DNA of 32,000 nt, from positions 150,001 through 182,000 of the forward strand of contig NC_007205.1 of assembly GCF_000012345.1 (NCBI RefSeq), in the 5' to 3' direction. The notes under the pieces are model-generated. The model saw nothing but the letters and a program-made list of their open reading frames with translations. It ran no database searches and was not told the DNA's origin. The stretch comes from Candidatus Pelagibacter ubique HTCC1062 (lineage in GTDB: Bacteria > Pseudomonadota > Alphaproteobacteria > Pelagibacterales > Pelagibacteraceae). Positions 9,680-18,375 of this stretch are shown here, piece by piece. The position numbers and the translations under genes were made by a program. How positions within the stretch are numbered: position 1 is the first letter of the stretch; each line of letters begins with the position of its first letter.

Positions 9680-12397
9680 TTAATCTGAATGTCTCTCACA
9701 TTTAACTTTATTGATCTTCCAACAAACTGGGCATTTATTTCCTTCGGCTTTAATCGTTTTAATAATTATTTCATCAGTGTTTGATTGATGAACTAAAGCA
9801 GAGGATGTGATGCATATTTCTGAAAAATCTACATTTTTTGAAATTTCGAATAATGATTTATTTAGATTAATAATTAGACTAGCTTCTAAGCTTGATCCTA
9901 TTTCTTTGCTAGCTCTTTTTGCTTCAATACTTATATTACAGATATCTCTAATTTTTTTTAACTCTATCCATTTCTTATGCAGTTCTTCATCTTGAAAAGA
10001 CTCTGGATATTTCATGAATTGTTCAAGATGAATACTTTTTTGCTCTTTGTTTATCAGGGTAAAAATTTCTTCGGTTGTAAATGAAAGTATTGGTGCAAAC
10101 CATTTAACCAAAGATTCTAAAATAATATTTAAAACTACTATACTACTCTTTCTTCTATCAGAATTTTTTGAGTCACAATATAAAGCGTCTTTCCTAATAT
10201 CAAAATAAAATGAAGATAGGTCTACTGTGCAAAAATTTAAAAGCTCTTTATAAAGATTGTGAAAATCATAAGATTTAAAATAATTTTTAAAATTATTATT
10301 TAGCTCATACACTCTATGAAGCATATATCTCTCTAGCTCTGGCAATTGTTTAATGTCTAGACTTTCCAAATCAATTTTTTGGAAATCATCATTTAAGTTA
10401 CCTAGCAAATATCTAAATGTATTTCTAATTTTTCTATATGAATCAGCGTGTTGTTCTAAAATAGAATAATCAATTCTTAAATCCTCAGCATAATTAGATG
10501 ATGCAACCCATATTCTTAAAATATCTGCACCATACTTTTTTAAAATATCCTCAGGTGCAATTACGTTTCCTACAGATTTTGACATTTTCAGACCTTTGCC
10601 ATCCACAACAAATCCATGTGATAATATCGATTCATAAGGCGCTCTCCCTCTTGTTCCACAAGATTCTAAAAGTGACGAATGGAACCATCCTCTATGCTGA
10701 TCTGAGCCTTCTAAATACATTGATGCTGGCCATTGAAGATCTTCTCTTTTTTCCAAAACAAATGCATGAGTGCAACCGCTATCAAACCAAACTTCAACAA
10801 TATCACTTATTTTTTCGTAATCTTCTGCTTTATATTTATCCCCTAAAAATCTTTGAGGACTGTCAGAAAACCAACAATCAGAACCTTCTTTTTCATAAAT
10901 GCTCGCAATATTCTCATTTACATTATCATCTACTAAAATTTCTTTAGTAGTTTTATGAACAAATATTGGAAGTGGAACTCCCCAAACTCTTTGTCTTGAA
11001 ACACACCAATCTGGCCTTGTTTCAATCATTGCTTTTATTCTTTCTCTGCCTTTGTCTGGATAAAATTTAGTATCATCAAGAGCTTTTAACGCTTTTTTTC
11101 TCAAGCCATGACTTTCCATTGAAATAAACCATTGCGGAGTTGCTCTATGAACAAGAGGTGCTTTTGATCTCCATGAATGTGGATATGAATGAACTAGCTC
11201 TCCATTAGATAATAATTTTTTTTGTTCTTTTAATTTTTCAATAACAATTGGATTAGCTTTAAAAATATGAGTTCCCTCAAATAAAGGAAGGTTTTTAGTG
11301 TATTTACCATCACCATCTACTGTCTCTATGGCTTTTATCCCATACTTTAAACAAAGATTAAAATCATCAGGACCATGACTGGGTGCACAATGAACAATAC
11401 CTGTTCCCTGTTCTGTTGTAACAAATCTTGCTTCAAGCATTGGTATATCATAATCATAACCTAGCTCTAAGAAAGGGTGACTACAAATTGTATCTTTAAA
11501 ATCCTTACCCTTAAATTTTTTTATTTCTTTATAACTTTTGATTTCACAATCTTTGATTACAGATTCTAGTAGAGCTTCCGCAACAACTATTTTTTTATTC
11601 TTAAAATCTCCTTCATCACCTAATTCAATTATTAAATAATCTAAGGCTTCATTATAAGCTAGAGCTTTGTTTGCAGGTATAGTCCATGGTGTGGTTGTCC
11701 ATATAATAACATCTGTATTTTCTAATTCTTTTATATTTGTTTTCTTAACTGGGAATGCTGTATAAATTGTATCTGATTTATGATCTTGATACTCAACCTC
11801 AGCATCTGCTAAAGCTGTTTTTTCTACAGTTGACCAAAGAACAGGTTTAAAACCTCTATAAAGACTTCCTTCTTTTAAAAATTTTCCTAATTCTCTTACG
11901 ATTTGAGCTTCTGCTTCAAAGCTCATTGTTGCGTAATGATTTTCCCAATCTCCAACAACACCTAATCGTTTAAATTGTGTTTTGTGAACTTCAATCCATT
12001 TTTCAGCAAACTCTCTACACTCTTTTCTAAATTCTGTTATTGGAACTTCATTTTTATTTTTTTTATTTTTTTTATATTGCTCTTCGATTTTCCACTCAAT
12101 CGGTAAACCATGACAATCCCATCCTGGAACATATACAGAATCTTTACCATCCATTTGGTGAAATTTAACAATGATATCTTTCAAAATCTTATTTAAAGCA
12201 GTGCCCATGTGAATATTACCATTCGCATATGGTGGGCCATCGTGAAGTATGAACTTCTCTTTTCCCTTATTAGATTTTCTCAACTCCTTATAAAGGTCAA
12301 TCTTTTTCCAATATTCTAAAATTTCAGGTTCTTTGTTCTGTAAATTTGCTTTCATGGAGAAAGCTGTTTTAGGTAAATTTATATTTTCTTTGCTCAT
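9680..12397 (-). CDS. ileS: isoleucine--tRNA ligase
   Basis: 905 aa. HIGH-type motif (PYANGNIHMGT), KMSKS motif (GLKMSKSVGN), editing-domain insert, C-terminal Cys/His cluster CPVCW...CERH. Confidence 0.97.
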   Translation of the reverse strand: MSKENINLPKTAFSMKANLQNKEPEILEYWKKIDLYKELRKSNKGKEKFILHDGPPYANGNIHMGTALNKILKDIIVKFHQMDGKDSVYVPGWDCHGLPIEWKIEEQYKKNKKNKNEVPITEFRKECREFAEKWIEVHKTQFKRLGVVGDWENHYATMSFEAEAQIVRELGKFLKEGSLYRGFKPVLWSTVEKTALADAEVEYQDHKSDTIYTAFPVKKTNIKELENTDVIIWTTTPWTIPANKALAYNEALDYLIIELGDEGDFKNKKIVVAEALLESVIKDCEIKSYKEIKKFKGKDFKDTICSHPFLELGYDYDIPMLEARFVTTEQGTGIVHCAPSHGPDDFNLCLKYGIKAIETVDGDGKYTKNLPLFEGTHIFKANPIVIEKLKEQKKLLSNGELVHSYPHSWRSKAPLVHRATPQWFISMESHGLRKKALKALDDTKFYPDKGRERIKAMIETRPDWCVSRQRVWGVPLPIFVHKTTKEILVDDNVNENIASIYEKEGSDCWFSDSPQRFLGDKYKAEDYEKISDIVEVWFDSGCTHAFVLEKREDLQWPASMYLEGSDQHRGWFHSSLLESCGTRGRAPYESILSHGFVVDGKGLKMSKSVGNVIAPEDILKKYGADILRIWVASSNYAEDLRIDYSILEQHADSYRKIRNTFRYLLGNLNDDFQKIDLESLDIKQLPELERYMLHRVYELNNNFKNYFKSYDFHNLYKELLNFCTVDLSSFYFDIRKDALYCDSKNSDRRKSSIVVLNIILESLVKWFAPILSFTTEEIFTLINKEQKSIHLEQFMKYPESFQDEELHKKWIELKKIRDICNISIEAKRASKEIGSSLEASLIINLNKSLFEISKNVDFSEICITSSALVHQSNTDEIIIKTIKAEGNKCPVCWKINKVKCERHSD

Positions 12398-12398
12398 G

Positions 12399-13316
12399 TT
12401 AACTTTTTTTAGCGACTTTTAAGTCACTTTGAATTTGTTTTTTTAATTGATCAACGTTTTTGAATTTTTTCTCTTTTCTTATAAATTTTGTGAACTCTAC
12501 TGATAAATACTTATTATAAAGATTTCCAGAAAAATTAAAAATATGAACTTCTAATAAAATTTTTTTTTGATTAAAAGTTGGTCTATAACCAAGATTAGCA
12601 ATAGCTTTTAGTGATTTATTGGAGTTTTTTTGTTTTACTTTAACGGCATACACTCCAGGCATTGCAATCACATAATCTTTAATATCAATATTGCAGGTTG
12701 GAAAACCAATTTTTTTTCCTTGCTGTCTTCCCTTTTGAACAATTCCTTCAATTGACCAATTTCGACTTAATAACTTATTAGTTTTCTTCAACTGTCCTTT
12801 TTCTAGAAGAGAGCGGATATATGTTGAAGAGATAACTTTTTTATTTAAAATTAGTGGTTGTGGTTTTACTATTTTGTAATGATATCTTCCTTCATTTTTT
12901 ATTAACTGCCTAACATCTCCCTCTCTTTTGTTGCCAAATCTAAAGTTATTGCTAACAAATATGTATTGAGCTTCTAATTTTTTTGATAAAATTTCTTTAA
13001 TAAAAAAATCAGACTTAATTGCAGAAAATTTTTTATCAAATTTTTTAGTAATTATAAAATCGACCCCTAAATGATCTAAAATTATTTTTTTTTGATTTAT
13101 ATTTGAAATTCTAAAGTTTTTAAAATTTTTATTAAAAAACATTTTAGGCATTGGCTCAAATGTTAAAACACCAATTTTTAGGTTAAATTTTTTTTTATAA
13201 GTATTTGCTAATTTAAATAATTTTTGATGACCTAAATGAACGCCATCAAAATTTCCAATCAAGATAATTGATTTTTTATGATTGTTTGAAATATTAAAAT
13301 CTTTATACAGCTTCAT
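12399..13316 (-). CDS. ribF: bifunctional riboflavin kinase / FMN adenylyltransferase
   Basis: GNFDGVHLGHQKL nucleotidyltransferase motif. GFPTCN riboflavin-kinase motif. 305 aa. 1-nt gap to ileS. Confidence 0.92.
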   Translation of the reverse strand: MKLYKDFNISNNHKKSIILIGNFDGVHLGHQKLFKLANTYKKKFNLKIGVLTFEPMPKMFFNKNFKNFRISNINQKKIILDHLGVDFIITKKFDKKFSAIKSDFFIKEILSKKLEAQYIFVSNNFRFGNKREGDVRQLIKNEGRYHYKIVKPQPLILNKKVISSTYIRSLLEKGQLKKTNKLLSRNWSIEGIVQKGRQQGKKIGFPTCNIDIKDYVIAMPGVYAVKVKQKNSNKSLKAIANLGYRPTFNQKKILLEVHIFNFSGNLYNKYLSVEFTKFIRKEKKFKNVDQLKKQIQSDLKVAKKS

Positions 13317-13319
13317 ATT

Positions 13320-14138
13320 TTACCATTTTAATTCTGTTTGAATAAAGTTTACAACAACTTCATATTTTTTTGAAATTACATCGATTCCTTCTTTTTTAAT
13401 TTCATCTTTATGAACACCATTTGATATAATTAATGAATTAAAATTTAAAAGATTAGCTCCCTTAATATCTGTATTTAAATTATCACCAATAGATAAAACT
13501 CTTTTTCCTTCATTATTAATTGCTTGATTATAAACTTCAGGAAAAGGTTTTCCAAAATAAATAACCTCTCCACCCATTTTTTCAAAAACAAGAGCTACAG
13601 ACCCTGCACATAATTCTCTTTTTTCACCTCTATCAACAATTAAATCTGGATTAGTGCATATCATTTTCTTATCCATATGATCATTGAATAACTCTTTATA
13701 ATATTTTAAATCCTCACCTTGCTCTTCAAATAATCCTGTACAGAGTAAGTATGAGCTTTCTTTAATGTTATTAGTCTTATTTTTTTTAAAATCTAAAAAT
13801 AAATCAAAATCTCTTGGTGGTCCCACATGGTAAAACTTTTCTTCTAGAGAATTTTTTTTTAAATAATTCAGTGCCGCTTCTCCTGAGGAATAAACTTTTT
13901 CTCTAATTTCTTTATTCATCCCCATTTTTTCTAAAAAATTGTTTACTATTTTATTAGGTCTTGGCGCATTAGTTAAAAGAACATAGTCTTTGTTTGCTTT
14001 GGTAATTTCTTCTAAGGCTTCGATTGCATTTTTATGAAGAGTTATCCCATTATGAACAACACCCCATAAATCGATATAAAAAATATCATAATTCTCTACA
14101 ATCGACCTTAATCCATCCTTATCTAAATTCTTAGTCAT
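13320..14138 (-). CDS. HAD-superfamily class IIA hydrolase (TIGR01459-like), substrate unknown
   Basis: Motif I DLWGVVHNG, LLTNAPR, and C-terminal SIGDNLNTDIKGA (motif IV). 272 aa. Confidence 0.75.
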   Translation of the reverse strand: MTKNLDKDGLRSIVENYDIFYIDLWGVVHNGITLHKNAIEALEEITKANKDYVLLTNAPRPNKIVNNFLEKMGMNKEIREKVYSSGEAALNYLKKNSLEEKFYHVGPPRDFDLFLDFKKNKTNNIKESSYLLCTGLFEEQGEDLKYYKELFNDHMDKKMICTNPDLIVDRGEKRELCAGSVALVFEKMGGEVIYFGKPFPEVYNQAINNEGKRVLSIGDNLNTDIKGANLLNFNSLIISNGVHKDEIKKEGIDVISKKYEVVVNFIQTELKW

Positions 14139-14208
14139 TATGGGAGGTATAACTTATAAAAAACACAATTTCTCTGGTTTTTTGCCTTACATATTTTTTT
14201 TAACATCT

Positions 14209-14236
14209 CTTGAAATAGTAAACCTAATAGCTATAT
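14209..14236 (+). promoter_or_regulatory. candidate sigma-32 (RpoH)-type heat-shock promoter of groESL
   Basis: CTTGAAA (14209-14215), a 15-nt spacer, then CTATAT (14231-14236), about 25 nt upstream of the groES ATG. Compare E. coli sigma-32 consensus CTTGAAA-N13-15-CCCCATNT. In AT-rich DNA the -10 match alone is weak. Confidence 0.4.
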
Positions 14237-14261
14237 GAGTCGCATAATAAAAGGAGAATTT

Positions 14262-14552
14262 ATGAAATTTAAACCGTTACACGATAGAGTTTTAATAGAA
14301 GTTTTAGACAGTAGTGAAAAAACTGCTGGAGGAATAATTATCCCCGATACAGCTCAAGAAAAGCCTCAAGAAGGTAAAGTTATTGCTGTTGGTGGTGGTG
14401 CAAAAACTGAAGATGGAAAACTAATTCCAATGGATGTGAAAGTTGGAGACAAAGTTCTTTTTGGCAAATGGTCAGGAACTGAAATCAAAATAGATGGCAA
14501 AGAATACAGCATAATGAAAGAGTCTGACATTATGGGTATTTCTGGCAAATAA
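14262..14552 (+). CDS. groES: co-chaperonin GroES
   Basis: [13 protein letters not shown]... is the canonical GroES N-terminus. Strong SD AAGGAG (14251-14256) sits 5 nt before ATG 14262. The ATG at 14235 in the ORF track lacks an SD and adds a non-conserved extension. Confidence 0.97.
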   Translation: MKFKPLHDRVLIEVLDSSEKTAGGIIIPDTAQEKPQEGKVIAVGGGAKTEDGKLIPMDVKVGDKVLFGKWSGTEIKIDGKEYSIMKESDIMGISGK

Positions 14553-14557
14553 TTTAA

Positions 14558-16240
<1,683 letters not shown>

Positions 16241-16265
16241 TCCCAATCTTTTCAAAAAGAAATTC

Positions 16266-16297
16266 AAAGGCCATCTTTTTAGGTGGCCTTTTTTTTT
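16266..16297. terminator. rho-independent terminator after groEL, plausibly bidirectional (also the only hairpin available downstream of the convergent helicase gene)
   Basis: Stem AAAGGCCATC (16266-16275) pairs with GGTGGCCTTT (16282-16291), including one G-U pair. 6-nt loop, then a T run to 16297. On the minus strand the stem is followed by TTTGAATTTCTTTTT. Confidence 0.75.
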
Positions 16298-16321
16298 ATT
16301 AAGCTGTTATAAGATTAAGAT

Positions 16322-16435
16322 ATGTCAAAAAGATACAGTGGAAAATCATTTAAAGATTCAAGTACTGCTAAAAAACCAAAATTAAGCCTGAAAGAAAAAA
16401 GAAAAAATAAAAAAGAGAAATCTAAAAAATCTTAG
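16322..16435 (+). CDS. speculative 37-codon highly basic small ORF (MSKRYSGKSFKDSSTAKKPKLSLKEKRKNKKEKSKKS)
   Basis: ATG at 16322, TAG at 16433-16435, found by hand translation and below the ORF-track cutoff. No clear SD. A-rich DNA can yield Lys-rich ORFs by chance. Its end overlaps the helicase stop codon. Confidence 0.2.
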   Translation: MSKRYSGKSFKDSSTAKKPKLSLKEKRKNKKEKSKKS

Positions 16436-18180
16436 ACTTTAGCTCTTTTTTGACTGTGTTTTTTGAAGGTAAAGCTTTTAGGTCTATCACTTCTGCTTTT
16501 AAACTTCTTCTTTCCATCAAAACTAGAGTTTTTTTTCTCTTCACTAGTTGATGAACTTTCAGATGTTTTTTTTCCAAAGTATTTTGGATTATTTGTGAAT
16601 CCTGTTGGTTTCGAGTTATCCTTTTTTGTAAAACTAGATTTTCCTTTGTACCCGAAACTTTTTTTCTCTCCATCTCTTGATGATCGATCAGGTCTTCCAT
16701 AACTAGAGGGTTTTGATTTATCTCCAAAACTAGATTTTCCTTTGTACCCGAAACTTTTTTTCTCTCCATCTCTTGATGATCGATCAGGTCTTCCATAACT
16801 AGAGGGTTTTGATTTATCTCCAAAACTAGATTTTCCTTTGTACCCGAAACTTTTTTTCTCTCCATCTCTTGATGATCGATCAGGTCTTCCATAACTAGAG
16901 GGTTTTGATTTATCTCCAAAACTAGATTTTCCTTTGTACCCGAAACTTTTTTTCTCTCCATCTCTTGATGATCGATCAGGTCTTCCTTTACCGAATGATT
17001 TTTTTTCATCTCTGAATTTTCTTTTTTTATTGTAAGGAGCTTTTCCTCTTTTTCCTCCTCTTGAGTCTCCTCTTGCGCCACGAGGTGCAGGTTTAAAGTT
17101 TGGATCAATTAATTTACTAATTTCATTCCACATCGATCTATCATCTGGGGTAAGAAAAGTTAAAGCAGAACCTTCTGTTCCTGCTCTAGCAGTTCTTCCA
17201 ATTCTGTGGACGTAATCTTCTGGTACTTGTGGAAGATCAAAATTAATTACATGTTGAATTAAAGGAATATCTAAACCTCTTGCAGCAACATCTGTTGCAA
17301 TTAATATTCTCTTAAGGCCTTTTCTAAATGAGGTAATTACACGATCTCTTTTACTTTGACGAAGATCTCCATGAATAGCATCCGCTGAATGACCCTCTTC
17401 TTTAAGACGCTTAACCATTTTATCAGCACCTCTTTTAGTTTTAACAAAAACTAATATTGATCCTTTTCTTGCTATAAATTGGTCTACTAGTTGATCGTAT
17501 TTATTCTCTTTAAAAACTTGAAGAGTTTCTTGTTTAATTTTTGCAATAGGTACTGATGTTGACCCTGTTGAAATTCTTTGAGGCTCATTTAGATATCTCT
17601 CAGAAATTCTAACAATATTCTGAGGTAGTGTTGCAGAAAATAATAAAGTTTGATGATCTTTTGGAACAAATTTTAAAATTAATTCTATTTGAGGGGTAAA
17701 ACCCATATCTAACATTCTGTCAGTTTCATCTAGTACTAGGTATTTAGTGGCTGATAGATTTAAACTTTTTCTTTTTAAGTGGTCATTAATTCTTCCAGGA
17801 GTTCCAACTATTATTCTTGATCTATTACCTAGTTGTCTAAGTTGTTTTTGCATTGCCTCTCCACCAATAAGTAAGGCAGTTTTAATGTTAATTTTATCAC
17901 TAATAATGCTTTTAATTGCAGCCATTACTTGAGTTGCAAGCTCTCTAGTTGGACACATAACTAATGCAAATGCATTTTTATCTAATATTAATTTATTTAT
18001 TAGAGGAATGCTGAATGCCAATGTTTTTCCAGTTCCTGTTTGAGCTGTTCCTAAAATATCTTTTCCCTCTAAAGCAACAGGAATTGCCATCGCCTGAATT
18101 GGAGTCGGTTTCGTAAACTTCATTTTTTCCAATGAATTCTTTAACGAATCTTCTATTTTTAGTAATTTAAAGTTTTCCAT
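16432..18180 (-). CDS. ATP-dependent DEAD-box RNA helicase (RhlE/DeaD-like) with repeat-containing basic C-terminal tail
   Basis: Q motif FTKPTPIQ, motif I AQTGTGKT, Ia PTRELA, motif II VLDETD (DETD variant of DEAD), III SAT, VI HRIGRTARAG. About 200-aa Lys/Arg/Ser/Gly-rich tail. Confidence 0.93.
   Translation of the reverse strand: MENFKLLKIEDSLKNSLEKMKFTKPTPIQAMAIPVALEGKDILGTAQTGTGKTLAFSIPLINKLILDKNAFALVMCPTRELATQVMAAIKSIISDKINIKTALLIGGEAMQKQLRQLGNRSRIIVGTPGRINDHLKRKSLNLSATKYLVLDETDRMLDMGFTPQIELILKFVPKDHQTLLFSATLPQNIVRISERYLNEPQRISTGSTSVPIAKIKQETLQVFKENKYDQLVDQFIARKGSILVFVKTKRGADKMVKRLKEEGHSADAIHGDLRQSKRDRVITSFRKGLKRILIATDVAARGLDIPLIQHVINFDLPQVPEDYVHRIGRTARAGTEGSALTFLTPDDRSMWNEISKLIDPNFKPAPRGARGDSRGGKRGKAPYNKKRKFRDEKKSFGKGRPDRSSRDGEKKSFGYKGKSSFGDKSKPSSYGRPDRSSRDGEKKSFGYKGKSSFGDKSKPSSYGRPDRSSRDGEKKSFGYKGKSSFGDKSKPSSYGRPDRSSRDGEKKSFGYKGKSSFTKKDNSKPTGFTNNPKYFGKKTSESSSTSEEKKNSSFDGKKKFKSRSDRPKSFTFKKHSQKRAKV
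16630..16986 (-). repeat. perfect 96-bp (32-aa) direct tandem repeat, about 3.7 copies, inside the helicase tail
   Basis: Units start at 16631, 16727, 16823 and 16919 and were identical base-for-base where I compared them by eye. Encoded unit is GRPDRSSRDGEKKSFGYKGKSSFGDKSKPSSY. Confidence 0.95.
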
Positions 18181-18375
18181 TTAGGTATTTAGATTTTTTA
18201 AAATTTAAGGAGATATGCTCTTAATCCTTTAATACGTCTAATTTATATAGGGATATCTATACGTTTTTATAACAATCACAAGAAGTGAATTTTTAGAATA
18301 ATTAATTTAAGTAAGTAAATATTGATTTTTTTTAAGTTTTCAATTGACTCAATTAATGTATAAGAGCGTCAAATT

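Noticed and set aside
10498-10947. A 149-aa ORF antisense to ileS. Similar antisense or alternate-frame track ORFs: 4781..5014, 5758..5940, 6678..6884, 8744..8938, 8984..9214, 9807..9995, 17747..17932, 20515..20871, 23856..24095.
   Set aside because: All lie wholly inside well-supported conserved genes. Their translations are low-complexity (Leu/Phe/His/Gln/Ile-rich) with no motifs or plausible starts. They are typical shadow ORFs.
14235-14261. An upstream ATG that extends groES by 9 codons (MSRIIKGEF-).
   Set aside because: The strong AAGGAG SD is positioned for ATG 14262, and the conserved GroES sequence begins MKFKPL. The extension would contain the SD itself.
16630-16986. Whether the regular 96-bp direct repeats could be a CRISPR-like array or minisatellite outside a gene.
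   Set aside because: The units are contiguous with no unique spacers, are in-frame (32 codons), and lie inside the helicase ORF. No cas genes are present in the window.
16422-17108. A 228-aa ORF in the +1 frame of the helicase tail (same strand). It carries its own acidic repeat (MEDLIDHQEMERKKVSGTKENLVLEINQNPLV) and an A7 run in every unit. It could suggest a frameshift-generated alternative tail or an overlapping gene.
   Set aside because: The frame-0 tail is almost devoid of codons with T at position 2. The +1 frame therefore rarely forms TAA, TAG or TGA, and one open unit is simply copied by the repeat. GAG-AAA-AAA-AGT is not a canonical X-XXY-YYZ slippery site, and reaching this frame needs a +1 shift. 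The helicase motifs define the real frame. Plus-strand ORF 16463..16702 is the same kind of artefact.
18207-18232. A strong AAGGAG followed by ATG and a 5-codon mini-ORF (MLLIL*) in the helicase/typA spacer. It could be a leader peptide.
   Set aside because: Only 2 nt separate the SD from the ATG, which is too close for initiation. A 5-codon ORF in AT-rich DNA is expected by chance. It would be worth revisiting only if 5'-end or Ribo-seq data point there.
18344-18366. TTGACT followed by TATAAG upstream of typA, looking like a sigma-70 promoter.
   Set aside because: The spacer is only 9 nt, incompatible with the usual 16-18 nt spacing. Other AT-rich hexamers nearby cannot be distinguished from background.
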